A DNA stretch of 64,000 nt, from NCBI GenBank assembly GCA_963725865.1, contig CAVSAC010000014.1, positions 384,001 to 448,000 of the forward strand, written 5' to 3'. A program made the position numbers and the translations under genes. Of this stretch, positions 40,451 to 50,883 are shown one piece after another (the first letter of the stretch is position 1; every line of letters starts with the position of its first letter). This stretch comes from Candidatus Eiseniibacteriota bacterium. GTDB taxonomy: Bacteria; Eisenbacteria; RBG-16-71-46. The notes beneath the pieces were generated by a model that was not told the DNA's origin, searched no databases, and saw only the letters and a list, made by a program, of their open reading frames with translations.

Positions 40451-41172
40451 CGAGAACCTCCGAACGGGGGCTCGAGTGGGTTCGCCGCCGCGCCCCCGCG
40501 GCGGACGGCGAGGGTGCGGCCAGGCCACACCCGGGAAGCGGCCGCCCGCCGATGGCCGCGCGGACGCGGCGAGGCGGAGCGGACAACGGAGCGGCGCGCG
40601 CGTCGGAACGCGGGCGGCGCGGAGTGCATGTGCGGAAGCGGGATGGAACCAGGGTCCGGGACCGGACCGGAGGCGCGCGCCGAGGGAACACGGGCGCACG
40701 CGAAGGAACGCAGGGCGAAGGTCGCGTGGGGGCTCGCGCGCGGGGGACCCCGGCCCGCCTCACGCAACTGGCTCGGATCGTGATTGCTCAGGTGCAGGTC
40801 GGTCAGCAGCATTCCGGGACCCGCCGCTGCCCGCGGGAGCGCGACCGAGGGCAGCACCGCGTAGCGCGCGCCATCGCGCGGCGTGCGGTGATGAATGCGG
40901 GTGCCGGCCGGGGTGGTCGCGTGGCGGCGCGGCGCCGGGCGTGCCGGCGCGGGCGCGGCGGGCACGCGAGTCGCGCCAGCGGTCGTGTGCAACTGGCTGC
41001 GAGCGTGCGCATGATGCGCGTGGTGGAGATGCGAACGAGGCTGCCCGGAGGTGTAGCGGGTGGACTGCGCCGCCGCGACGGGGTGCGGGACTCGCGCGCT
41101 CGCGCCGGCGCCACTCGCATGGACGGCGAGGGCCAGGACCGCGATGATGATCAGGCGCGCGACGCTTCGCAT
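40447..41172 (-). CDS. Putative secreted His/Arg/Pro-rich ORF with an internal RGPP motif
   Basis: Signal-like MRSVARLIIIAVLALAVHA and HLHHAHHAH. Stop overlaps the ComEA-like start (ATGA). Confidence 0.45.
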   Translation of the reverse strand: MRSVARLIIIAVLALAVHASGAGASARVPHPVAAAQSTRYTSGQPRSHLHHAHHAHARSQLHTTAGATRVPAAPAPARPAPRRHATTPAGTRIHHRTPRDGARYAVLPSVALPRAAAGPGMLLTDLHLSNHDPSQLREAGRGPPRASPHATFALRSFACARVPSARASGPVPDPGSIPLPHMHSAPPAFRRARRSVVRSASPRPRGHRRAAASRVWPGRTLAVRRGGAAANPLEPPFGGSR

Positions 41173-41324
41173 GAGACCTCTCGAGTGGGCGCGCATCCAC
41201 ATGCTGCGTGCGACGCACCACGAACCGCTTCGAGACTCCGATGACACGGGCAATTTCGATGAACCCGCGCGGCCGCCGGTGCGCGACTATGGCACCGCCT
41301 CCGCGGGTGGGAAGTGAAATCTCT

Positions 41325-42215
41325 GTGAAGCGAGTCCGTCCCACGTCCGCGCTTCGTCTCACGCGCGCCGGGCTGCTGGTCCTGGCGGCGGCCGCGCTGG
41401 GCGCGGTCGCGGCCCGCGCGGGAGGCCGCTGCGTCCGCACGCAGATGACGTCGCCCACGCTCGGCGATCGCGAACGCACCGTCCGCCTCTACCTGCCGCC
41501 CAGCTACGACCGCGCCGACGCGGCCGGGCGCCGCTATCCGGTCGTCTACCTGCTCCACGGCTGGCCGGGCTCCGACGGCAATTGGGTGACGATGGGCCAT
41601 GCCTGCGAGACCGCGGACTCGATGATCGCCGCGGGCGAGATGCCCGAGGTCATCCTGGTGTTCCCGAATGGCGCGGGCCCCGGGCTGCTCGGGCGTTCGT
41701 TGTGGATGGACTCCTACGACGGCAGGTGGCGCCTCGAGAGCTACCTGGCGCACGACCTGGTGGCGTGGACCGACTCGCTCTACCGCACCGTGCGCAGCGC
41801 CCGCGGCCGCGCGGTGATCGGGCTATCCGATGGCGGGACCGGCGCGTTCAACCTCGCATTCCGCCACCCCGAGGTCTTCGGCGGATGCGCCAGCCACAGC
41901 GGGGAGTTCCGCCTGCGGCGCAGCATGGGCGACGGCGGCGTGGTCGGCCCCGAGCCGGGTGCGACCGCGCTCCTGGCGCGCAACAGCCCCGCCGTTTACG
42001 TGGACGGCATCGTGGCGCGGGTGAAGACGCTGGATATCTACTTCGACTGTGGCAGCGGCGACGAGTCCATCGCCGACAACCGCGCGTTCCACGAGCAACT
42101 CGCCGCGCTCGGCGTGCCGCACGAGTTCCGCGAGTTCCCGGGCACGCACGATTGGACCTACTGGCGAGCCCACCTCCATCAGTCGCTGGCCGCGGTGACC
42201 CAGCACATGCGGTAG
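41325..42215 (+). CDS. Secreted alpha/beta-hydrolase esterase
   Basis: YLPPSY, YPVVYLLHG, GLSDGG (GxSxG), DCGSGD, PGTHDWTYW. Start uncertain. Confidence 0.85.
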   Translation: MKRVRPTSALRLTRAGLLVLAAAALGAVAARAGGRCVRTQMTSPTLGDRERTVRLYLPPSYDRADAAGRRYPVVYLLHGWPGSDGNWVTMGHACETADSMIAAGEMPEVILVFPNGAGPGLLGRSLWMDSYDGRWRLESYLAHDLVAWTDSLYRTVRSARGRAVIGLSDGGTGAFNLAFRHPEVFGGCASHSGEFRLRRSMGDGGVVGPEPGATALLARNSPAVYVDGIVARVKTLDIYFDCGSGDESIADNRAFHEQLAALGVPHEFREFPGTHDWTYWRAHLHQSLAAVTQHMR

Positions 42216-42229
42216 TGCCCGCTGCGGCT

Positions 42230-44126
42230 TCAGGCGCGCGCGTGCCTGGCCGGAACGTCGGCCGCCGCCATCATCTGGCTGAAGTAGCCGTCGACCGCGA
42301 GCAGCTCCTGCGGCGTGCCGTCCTGCTCGATGCGGCCACCGCGCAGCACCAGCACGCGGTCGACATCGGTGAGCATGCTGCGCCGGTGCGCGACCACCAC
42401 CGTCGTGCGACCGCTCGAGAGGATCTCGAGCGCCTCCTTCACCGCCTCCTCGGTCTTGAAGTCGAGGTTGGCGGTGGCCTCGTCGAGCACCAGCACCACC
42501 GGCCTCGCCACGAACGCGCGCGCCAGCAGGACGCGCTGCCGTTCGCCCATCGACAGCTCCACGCCGCGTTCGCCGATCGGCGTCGCCAGCCCGTCGGGCA
42601 ACCGCTGGAGCAACGGTTCGAGGCCGGCGAGCCGCGCCGCCTCGGCGACCTCGGCGTCGCTCGCTTCCTGGCGCGCGTAGCGGATGTTCTCCGCCACGGT
42701 CATGCGGAACAGCGTGCCGTCCGCCGCCACGCTGCGCACCGCCGCCCGCACCGACGACGGCGCGACCTCGTCGAGACGCTGGCCGTCGATGCGGACCACG
42801 CCCGAGTTGGGGTGGTAGAGGCCGGCCAGCAGGTCGGTGATCGTGGTCTTGCCAGCGCCCGAGGGGCCGACCAATCCGACGCGCTCCCCCGCGCGAATGC
42901 GGAACGTGACGCCCGTCCAGCACGCGCCGCTTCGGGGTGTAGCCGAACACCACGTCCTCGAACTCGATCGCGCCGCCGCGCGGCGCGAACGGCGGCCGGT
43001 CCTCGCCCGGCGCCTGCGGCGTCGCGAGCAGTCGCTGCGCGCGCTGGAGACTCGACAGGTGCTCCTGCAGCGAGGTGTACAGCTCGGTGAGGTTCTCGAT
43101 CGGCGAGTACACCTGGTCCAGGTAGGCCACGAACAGCACCACGTCGCCGGGGGTGAGCTGGTGCTGGAGCGCCTTGATGCCGCCGAGCAGCAGGGCGGCC
43201 GCCTTCGAGAAGGAGACGATGCTCTCCTGGACGAAGGTGTAGCGATTGAGCATGCGGGCGCGCTCGACGTAGGTCTCGAACGCGCGATCGCTGGCGGCAT
43301 CGAGCTGGCGCTCCTCCCAGCCCGAGGCGCCGTGGGTGATCACCGTCTTGATCCCGGCCACCGCCTGCTGGATGCGGCTCGAGACCTCGTCCCAGAGCCC
43401 GTAGTACTGCTCGAGCTGCGTCTCGAGGCGACGGGCCATGTGCCACGTCACCAGCGCGTACACCGGCACCGCGATGAAGGTCACGAGCGCGAGCGTGAGG
43501 TTGAGCGACGACATGATGGCGAGGATGGCGGCGAGCCGGAAGAAGTCGGGCCAGAACTCCTGCGCAAGCGCGGTGAAGACCGGCGCGACGTGGTCGCTCT
43601 GATCGATCTGCCGCGCCACCGCGCCGCTGGCGCGGCGCCCGAAGAAGTCGAGCGGCAATCGCAGCACGTGGTGGAACGTGCGCAGGATGTAGCCGCGCTC
43701 GAGATCGCTCGAGAGCCGCGTCGCGCGGTCGTCCCCACGCAGGCGGAACAACTCCGAGATCAGCCGCGTCACCAGCAGCAGGCAGGCGCCGAGGATGACG
43801 GTGGCGACCGCCTGCGGCGGAGTGCGCGGGGCGAGCCGCCGCGGCACCCCGGGCTCCGCGCGCAAGCGCTGGAGCGGGGCGCGGAAGATGTGCCGGCTGC
43901 TGCGCTCGAAGTGGCCGGCCGCCGAGCCCACGTGCTCGAAGAATCGCTCGGCCTCGGCCACCGGACGCGGGGCCACGAACACGCCGGCGATGTCGTCGAC
44001 GATGGCGCGGTAGATCCAGGGTTCGAACAGCGAAGCGGCGGTGCCGATCGACACCAGTACCGCCACCCACAGGAACCCGCGCAGGCGTCCGCGAGCGAGG
44101 GCGAGGATCGCGAGCAGCGAGCGCAT
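42230..44126 (-). CDS. ABC exporter (fused permease + ATPase); one extra G near 42913 shifts the frame
   Basis: TMD in ORF 41823..44126 and NBD (GPSGAGKT, LSMGERQR, LDEAT) in ORF 42230..43300. They join as VLDGVTFRI. Confidence 0.85.
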
Positions 44127-44152
44127 GGGCGGCGGAACGCGGGCGGCGGGGC

Positions 44153-45112
44153 CTAGCCCGACGCCTCCTCGGGCTGCGGCCGCTCGTCGGGCGGTGGTGG
44201 CGGCGGCAGCCGCGCGATGCGTGCGCGAACCGCTCGCGCGGCGGCGGCCTCGCCCGCGGCCTCGAGCACGCGCGCGTACTCGGACAGCACGTCGGCGTCG
44301 CCGGGAGCGAGCTCGGCGGCGAGCGCGAGCTGCCGGCGCGCCTCGGCGGCGCGACCCGTCTGCTCGAGCAGCAGCGCCAGGTCGTATCGCGACATCGCGT
44401 CCAGCGAGTCGAGGGCGACCGCGCGACGGTACTCGGACTCGGCCTCCTGCAGCCGACCCTGGTCGCCGTAGAGATTGCCGAGGTGGATGTGCGGATCGTC
44501 GCTGGCTGGATCCAGCCGCGCGGCCTCGCGGAACGCGTCCTCGGCCTCGCGCGTACGGCCCGCGCCGACCAGGAACAATCCGTAGGAGCCGAGCGTGGCG
44601 GCGCGCGGCCGCCCGCGGCCCGCGCGCTTCTGCATCTGCAGTAGGTAGAGGAAGTCGCTCTCATGCAGCCCCTGCGGGTTCTTGAGCCCCCAGGTCGGAT
44701 CGGCGCTCACCTGTTCGACGCGCGCCTCGAGCCGCAGCTCCTCGATGTCGAGCCGCCGGTTCTCCGACAGCTCGAACGCCTTGCTGAACGACTCCTCGGC
44801 GAGCCGGTAGCGCCCGGCGTCCATGAAGTCGCGGCCGAGCTCGACGTAGCGCTGGATGACCTGCCGCGACTGGAGCCGGTCCCACTGGTCCTGCAGAGAA
44901 GGCAGGAAGAACGCGAGCAGCGTGACGGCGGCGCTCGCCGCGCCCGCGATCCAGGGCCGGATCCGCTTCCACGGCGAGGGCGAGCGGCGCGCCTCCAACT
45001 CCTCCACCAGCGCATCGAGCAGCAGCTCCCGCACGCGCGGCTCGTGGATGAGTTCGCGCAACGATTCCTCGTCCGGCGGCCCGGGAGGACGGGGCGGGGT
45101 GGTCTCGGCCAT
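44153..45112 (-). CDS. Membrane-anchored TPR protein
   Basis: One TM segment followed by TPR repeats. Confidence 0.8.
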   Translation of the reverse strand: MAETTPPRPPGPPDEESLRELIHEPRVRELLLDALVEELEARRSPSPWKRIRPWIAGAASAAVTLLAFFLPSLQDQWDRLQSRQVIQRYVELGRDFMDAGRYRLAEESFSKAFELSENRRLDIEELRLEARVEQVSADPTWGLKNPQGLHESDFLYLLQMQKRAGRGRPRAATLGSYGLFLVGAGRTREAEDAFREAARLDPASDDPHIHLGNLYGDQGRLQEAESEYRRAVALDSLDAMSRYDLALLLEQTGRAAEARRQLALAAELAPGDADVLSEYARVLEAAGEAAAARAVRARIARLPPPPPPDERPQPEEASG

Positions 45113-45235
45113 GCGCGGCGAGGATAGCACCGCCCATCGGTGGACGCGCGTCGATGCGCTGAAGCGCCACGCGGAGATCCGCGCCGCGCCGTCATCGAGA
45201 CCTGCTCCACCCGCGGCGCCGGGTCGTCTTCCGTT

Positions 45236-45898
45236 CTACGGCTTGATCCGGTACGGGAAGTTCCCCGCGACCTTCTTGAGCAGGGACTTCGTCATCGCCT
45301 CCACGGAGTTCGCGAGTCCGCCCTTGTCCGTATGGTCGTAGCTCCAGAGCAGCGCGCCGTCCGCACCGTTGTGCACGACCATGTTGATGTCGACCCGCTG
45401 CGTGCTGCCGCTGAACCCGAGCAAGAACGTCTGCGCCATCGCGGCGCCGGTGGACGTGGGCTGAGCCTGGTGGATCGTGCCCGAGACCAGCGCATCGACG
45501 CCGAGGACCTTCGCCACTTCGTCGCGCGTGTGCAGCGCGAGACTGTCTGCGGTGATTCCACTGCGGGCGAGGAGCACGTTCGTCTGGTCGACGTCCTGGA
45601 AGCCGACCCGATACTCCCCGTCCTGGGAACGCTGGAGGAACCGGGCGTAGAGCTGCTTCTGGAATTCGAGCCCCTCCTCCCGCTCGGACTTCTGGACCAT
45701 CTCGAGCGTCATCCCCTTCGGCAGCCGGGCGGTGTCGATCGTGACCTTGAACGGGAGGACGGCGATCGTCTTGTGGGCCTCGCTGAGCTCGGCGAAGCGG
45801 GGATTGAGGTATTGCTGCGCAGCGGCGAGTGCCAGCGCGGCGACGGCCACGACGGGGATTGCCGCCGTCAGCGGGACGATCCAGTGTCGGTTCGCCAT
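45236..45898 (-). CDS. Secreted protein with a TolB-N/CsgG-like pattern
   Basis: Signal peptide, IAVLPF, LGVDALVSGTI, GALLWSY. GGAGG RBS. Confidence 0.7.
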   Translation of the reverse strand: MANRHWIVPLTAAIPVVAVAALALAAAQQYLNPRFAELSEAHKTIAVLPFKVTIDTARLPKGMTLEMVQKSEREEGLEFQKQLYARFLQRSQDGEYRVGFQDVDQTNVLLARSGITADSLALHTRDEVAKVLGVDALVSGTIHQAQPTSTGAAMAQTFLLGFSGSTQRVDINMVVHNGADGALLWSYDHTDKGGLANSVEAMTKSLLKKVAGNFPYRIKP

Positions 45899-46177
45899 GG
45901 TGGAGCCTCCTGGTCCGGATCTGGGGACGAACGCGACCGGCGTCCCGTGTCCGGACGGCCGGCGAACGCGTGCAGCATCCAGTGCCGGAGTCCCGCCCGC
46001 AAGCCCGATCCCATCCTGCCGGCCGCGGCGCTCGGGGCCGACCGGTGCCGGTCGCGGCGAAGGGGCTCCGTTGCCGCGCGTCGGAGCGCTCCTCTATATT
46101 CCCCAGCCCGACCCCGAACGGGCTCGGCACGACCCCGCGACCCAGCCACTTCATGCCCTCCCAACGGTGAGACTTCC

Positions 46178-47167
46178 ATGGCCCAAGTGATCGACGTGCT
46201 CCTGCTGCTCGCGTTGCCCGCGTCCGGCAAGTCCGAGGTGCGGCGCTATCTCGCGAGTCTCACTCCCGAGCAGTGCCGCGACGAGTTGCACCTCGGACCC
46301 ACGGTCCAGCTCGACGACTACCCCTACGTGCACATGATGCGCCGCGTCAGCCAGGAGCTGCGCGCGCTGGGGCGCGACGGGGTGTTCTTCGACTCCGACG
46401 ACCTGCCCATGAAGGACGGCCGTGACTGGGGCATGCTGGTCGAGCTGATCAACGAGGACTTCGACGACCTGGTGCACCGCCGCAAGGCCGCGCCCGCCTC
46501 GGCCGCCACCTGGCTGCTCGACCGCTGCGATGTGGCTCGCGCAAAGAGCGGCGCCGAGGCCGCGTTCGCGAAGCTGCCGGCCGACGTGCGCGCGAAGCTG
46601 GTCGCGAAGCTCGAGCCCGAGGCGCGGGAGCTGGTGAGCGAGAAGAACGCCGGCATCCCCGACTCGCTCGCCGGGCGCACCGTGGTGATCGAGATGGCGC
46701 GCGGCGGCCCCGACCAGGCCGTGCCGCCGCTGCCCGCCCCGCTCGGGTACCAGTACACGCTCGCCACGCTCAGCGACGCCATCCTGTCGCACGCATCGAT
46801 CCTGTACGTGTGGGTGACGCCCGAGGAGTCGCGCCGCAAGAACACCGAGCGCGCCAAGCCCGGCCCGCAAGGCGACCAGTCGATCCTGCACCACGGGGTG
46901 CCGATGGCGGTCATGCTGGGCGACTACGGCACCGACGACATGGACTACCTGATCCAGACGAGCGGCAAGCCCGACACCGTGAAGGTGGTCACGCGCGGCA
47001 ACACGTTCATGATCCCGGTCGGACGGTTCGACAACCGCGTCGACAAGACCACGTTCGTGCGCGAGGACCGCGCGCACTGGCCGTCCGCGAACGTGAAGGC
47101 GCTGCACGAGGGTCTCGCGGGCGCGCTCGCTGCCATCGCGCGCGCCGGGGCGCCGATGAAAGACTGA
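46178..47167 (+). CDS. Uncharacterised P-loop kinase-like protein
   Basis: LLLLALPASGKSE, VVIEMARG, ILYVWVTPEESRRKN..R. Confidence 0.75.
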   Translation: MAQVIDVLLLLALPASGKSEVRRYLASLTPEQCRDELHLGPTVQLDDYPYVHMMRRVSQELRALGRDGVFFDSDDLPMKDGRDWGMLVELINEDFDDLVHRRKAAPASAATWLLDRCDVARAKSGAEAAFAKLPADVRAKLVAKLEPEARELVSEKNAGIPDSLAGRTVVIEMARGGPDQAVPPLPAPLGYQYTLATLSDAILSHASILYVWVTPEESRRKNTERAKPGPQGDQSILHHGVPMAVMLGDYGTDDMDYLIQTSGKPDTVKVVTRGNTFMIPVGRFDNRVDKTTFVREDRAHWPSANVKALHEGLAGALAAIARAGAPMKD

Positions 47168-47213
47168 CGGGCGCCCCACTCCCGGCACTACAGCGCTACG
47201 CCCGTCGGCGCGC

Positions 47214-47639
47214 TCACCGCGCGCGCAGCGAGGCGATCAGCGCGGCGCCGGTGAGGGCGAGGTTCTCGAGCAGCTTCTTCGCTCCCACCCGGGTGGCGTC
47301 GGCGGTGCCGAAGCAGCCGCATTCGAAGTCGAGATGCCGCGCCATCGCGGACGCCACCATGATCGTGAACGCCGCCATCATCGCGGCGGCGAGCCACGCG
47401 CCCGAGCGCGGCCGCACCTGCAGCACCAGCGCGAGCCCGGTGAGCAGTTCGACCCACGGCAGCAGCACCGCGACCAGGTTCTCGAGGGCCACCGGCGCGA
47501 TCCGGAAATGGTGGATCTGGGTGGCGAAGGAGCCCGGGTCGCCGATCTTGGCGAGCGCGGCGGCGATGAACACCACGCCGACCGCGATGCGGCAGAGCCC
47601 GACCAGCCACGGCGAGGTCAGCACGCGCGGGGCGCCCAT
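47214..47639 (-). CDS. MauE/DoxX-family membrane protein
   Basis: FIAAALAK, LPWVEL, ECGCFG. Confidence 0.88.
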   Translation of the reverse strand: MGAPRVLTSPWLVGLCRIAVGVVFIAAALAKIGDPGSFATQIHHFRIAPVALENLVAVLLPWVELLTGLALVLQVRPRSGAWLAAAMMAAFTIMVASAMARHLDFECGCFGTADATRVGAKKLLENLALTGAALIASLRAR

Positions 47640-48559
47640 CACCGACCTCCCGCGGATGCGCCGGTGGCCACCGGGTAGCCGGCGCGCTGCCACTCGGGGA
47701 AGCCGCCCTCGTACACCAGCACGCGCTTGCGCCCGTTCTCGATCATCAGCCTGGCCAGGTCCATCGACGCCTCGCACGCCCCGCCGCTGCAGTACACGAC
47801 GATCGGCCGCCCCGCTTCGCCCATGCGCTGCATGCGCTCGGGCTCGGCCAGCGCGTCGTTGTACGGCAGGCTGAGCGCGCCGACGATGTGCCCCTCGGCA
47901 TACTCGTCCGCCTCGCGCGCGTCCACCACCAGCACCGCGCCCGCGTCGTAGAGCTGCTTGAGCATCGTCATCTGGAGCTTGATGGGCTTGCCGAGATCGG
48001 GGATCACGGGCAACTCGGCCGCGGGCGCCGCCGGCGCGGCCGCGCCGGGTGCCGTCGGCGCGTTCGCGGGCGCCGGAGCGGCGGTCGATGCGGGCGCCGA
48101 GCCGCCGGGCGCGGGCCCGGTGCCCGTGGGCGCGGGTCGCACCGCCGGGTTCGGCACCGTGGATCCCGCATGCCCAGGTGCGCCCGAAGGCGATGCGACG
48201 GTCGACGGCGAGGGCGCGCCGGAGCCATTCGCGCCCGACCGCACCGGCCCCCCGCCGGGCGACACGACGCTCGCGCCCGGCGAGGCGACGCTCGCACCGG
48301 GCGACACGATGCTCGCGCCCGACGGTGGCGCGGCCGCGCGGGCCACGCTGTCGGCCCCCGCGGCCGGGGTGGCGGGCTGCAGCGATTCCAGGCTCGCCAC
48401 CTCTTCGGCGTGCTTCACCCACGCGAGACCGTGCTTCGGATGGCTGGCGAGTCCGATCGAGTTGTACAGCGCCCCGAGGGCGAGGCCCGCCGCGACGATG
48501 AGGATCGCGCCGCGGAGGGTCGCAGAAGTACCCGGGTCGTTTCCGAGATCGTTGGTCAT
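47639..48559 (-). CDS. Membrane-anchored rhodanese-domain protein with a low-complexity linker
   Basis: VDAREADEYAEGHIVGA, YCSGGAC, YEGGFPEW. Confidence 0.88.
   Translation of the reverse strand: MTNDLGNDPGTSATLRGAILIVAAGLALGALYNSIGLASHPKHGLAWVKHAEEVASLESLQPATPAAGADSVARAAAPPSGASIVSPGASVASPGASVVSPGGGPVRSGANGSGAPSPSTVASPSGAPGHAGSTVPNPAVRPAPTGTGPAPGGSAPASTAAPAPANAPTAPGAAAPAAPAAELPVIPDLGKPIKLQMTMLKQLYDAGAVLVVDAREADEYAEGHIVGALSLPYNDALAEPERMQRMGEAGRPIVVYCSGGACEASMDLARLMIENGRKRVLVYEGGFPEWQRAGYPVATGASAGGR
48257..48319. repeat. 3 x 21-bp coding tandem repeat (GAS[IV][VA]SP)
   Basis: GGGCGACACGACGCTCGCGCC-like unit repeated three times. Confidence 0.85.
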
Positions 48560-48581
48560 GGGGTCCTCTGGACTCGCGGGC

Positions 48582-49547
48582 TCAGCCCGCGAGCATCACC
48601 ATGAGCGCCTTCTGCGCGTGGAGTCGGTTCTCGGCCTGGTCGATGAGCGCGGAGTTCGGCGTGCGCGACGTCGCGTAGTCGATCTCCTCGCCGTAGTGCG
48701 CCGGCAGGCAGTGCAGGATCACCGCGTCGCGCTGCGCGAGCTTCATGAGGCCGTCGTTCACCTGGTAGCCCTGAAAGTCGCGCAGGCGCTTCTTGGTCTC
48801 GGCCTCCTGCCCCATGCTGGTCCACACGTCGGTGTAGACGACGTCGGCGCCCTTCACGGCCGCGCGTGGATCGTTCATCACGCGCAGCGTCGCGCCGCTC
48901 GCCTTCGCGACGTTCTGCGCGTCGGCCAGCAGCGCCTTCGGCGGCTCGTAGCCCTTCGGGCAGGCGACCGTCACGTCCATCCCGAGCAGGGCGCCGCCGT
49001 AAAGCAGCGAGTTCGCGACGTTGTTGCCGTCGCCCACGAACACCGTGCGGAGTCCGTCGACGCGGCCCTTGCGCTCGATGATGGTGAGCAGGTCGCCGAG
49101 GATCTGGCAGGGGTGCTCGCGGTCCGACAGTCCGTTGATGACCGGCACCGTCGCCCACTTCGCCAGCTCGACCACGATGTCGTGTCCGAACACGCGCGCC
49201 ATGATCAGGTCGGCCATCCGCGACAGCACCAGCGCGATGTCCTCGGTGGTCTCGCGGGCGCCGAGCTTGATGTCGTCGGGACCCAGGTAGATGGCGTGGC
49301 CGCCCAGCTGCGACATGCCCGCCTCGAACGAGACGCGGGTCCGCAGCGAGGGCTTCTGGAAGATCATCGCCAGGGTCTGGCCGGCGAGGTGCGCGTGCTT
49401 GCGGCCGCGCGCGCGGTCGCGCTTGAGGTCGAGCGCCAGTCGCAGCAGGTCGAGTGTCTCGCCCGCGGACAGACTGGTGGTGGAGAGGTAGTGGCGGGGC
49501 AATGGCTGGGCCACGGCGGAGCGCGGCCGTTTCTTCGTCGTCGGCAT
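48582..49547 (-). CDS. argF: Ornithine carbamoyltransferase
   Basis: KPSLRTRVSF, HPCQ, DVWTSMGQE, LHCLP, QAENR. Confidence 0.93.
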   Translation of the reverse strand: MPTTKKRPRSAVAQPLPRHYLSTTSLSAGETLDLLRLALDLKRDRARGRKHAHLAGQTLAMIFQKPSLRTRVSFEAGMSQLGGHAIYLGPDDIKLGARETTEDIALVLSRMADLIMARVFGHDIVVELAKWATVPVINGLSDREHPCQILGDLLTIIERKGRVDGLRTVFVGDGNNVANSLLYGGALLGMDVTVACPKGYEPPKALLADAQNVAKASGATLRVMNDPRAAVKGADVVYTDVWTSMGQEAETKKRLRDFQGYQVNDGLMKLAQRDAVILHCLPAHYGEEIDYATSRTPNSALIDQAENRLHAQKALMVMLAG

Positions 49548-49639
49548 GGATTCGATTCCCGTCGATGGGGCGCCGGGCGCGGCCCGGCGCGCGTGGCGCG
49601 CCGCGCGAGGCCGAGGCCCCGCGCGGCGCACGCGAGCGT

Positions 49640-50875
49640 TCAGGCGAGCACGCGGGCGATGCGCTCGTACGCCCAGTCCAGGTCCTTGCTCTCGATGACG
49701 AGCGGCGGCGCGATGCGCAGCACGCTCTCCACCGTATCCTTGCACAGGACGCCTTCGTCCTTCAGCCGTTTCGCGTACTGCCTGGCGGGACCGGCCTCGG
49801 GTCTCAGCTCGATGCCGATCAGCAGGCCCTTGCCGCGGACCTCCTTCACCTTCGACGACGCCATGGCCCTCAGTCGTTGCATGAAGGCCTCGCCGAGCGC
49901 CGCGGCGCGCTCCGGCAGGCGCTCGCGCACCAGCAGCTCGAGCGCCTTGCGCGCCACCGCGCAGCCCAGCGGATTGCCGCCGAACGTGCTGCCGTGGTCG
50001 CCGGGCTGGAACACCCCGAGCACCTCGCGCGAGGCGAGCACCGCGGAGACCGGCATCATGCCGCCGCCGAGCGCCTTGCCCAGGATCAGCACGTCGGGCT
50101 TCACGCCCTCGTGGTCGCATGCGAACATCCGTCCGGTGCGGCCGAGCCCGGTCTGGATCTCGTCGGCGATGAACAGCACGCGGTGCTTCGCGCACAGCTC
50201 CTTCGCCGCCTTCAGGTATCCGGCCGGCGGCACCAGGATGCCGCCCTCGCCCTGGATCGGCTCGACCAGGAAGCCCACCGTGTTCGGTCCGATCGCCGCC
50301 TCGAGCGCGTTCAGGTCGCCGTACGGCACCAGCGGGAATCCGGGCGTGAACGGCCCGAACCCGTCGCGGTACTGCGCGTCGTCGGAGAACGACACGATGG
50401 TGACCGTGCGGCCGTGGAAGTTCCCGAGGCAGCAGATGATCTCGGCCTTGCCGTCGGGCACGCCCTTGACCTGGTAGCCCCACTTGCGCGCGGTCTTGAT
50501 CGCGGTCTCGACGCCCTCGGCGCCGGTGTTCATGGGCAGCACCAGGTCCTGCCCGCACAGCGCGGTGATCTCCTGGCAGAACGGTCCGAACTGGTCGTTC
50601 TGGAACGCGCGCGAGGTGAGCGAGAGCCGCTGCGCCTGTTCGACGAACGTGGCGACGATCTCGGGATGGCCGTGGCCGAAGTTGAGCGCCGAGTACGCGC
50701 TCAGCATGTCGAGGTAGCGATGCCCCTCGACGTCCTCCACCCACGCGCCGTGTCCCTTCGCGATGACCACGGGCAGCGGCGCATAGTTGCGGGCGCTGTA
50801 GCGGTCGATCAGCTCGTTGTGGCGGCGGGTGGCCGTGCCCGGCTCGTGTCCCGCCGCGGTGATGTCGGGCTGCAT
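49640..50875 (-). CDS. rocD: Ornithine-oxo-acid aminotransferase
   Basis: NYAPLPVV, SAYSALNFGH, MNTGAEGVETA, EPIQGEGG, DEIQTGLGRTG, GKALGGG, HGSTFGGNP. Confidence 0.93.
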   Translation of the reverse strand: MQPDITAAGHEPGTATRRHNELIDRYSARNYAPLPVVIAKGHGAWVEDVEGHRYLDMLSAYSALNFGHGHPEIVATFVEQAQRLSLTSRAFQNDQFGPFCQEITALCGQDLVLPMNTGAEGVETAIKTARKWGYQVKGVPDGKAEIICCLGNFHGRTVTIVSFSDDAQYRDGFGPFTPGFPLVPYGDLNALEAAIGPNTVGFLVEPIQGEGGILVPPAGYLKAAKELCAKHRVLFIADEIQTGLGRTGRMFACDHEGVKPDVLILGKALGGGMMPVSAVLASREVLGVFQPGDHGSTFGGNPLGCAVARKALELLVRERLPERAAALGEAFMQRLRAMASSKVKEVRGKGLLIGIELRPEAGPARQYAKRLKDEGVLCKDTVESVLRIAPPLVIESKDLDWAYERIARVLA

Positions 50876-50883
50876 GGCGCCTC

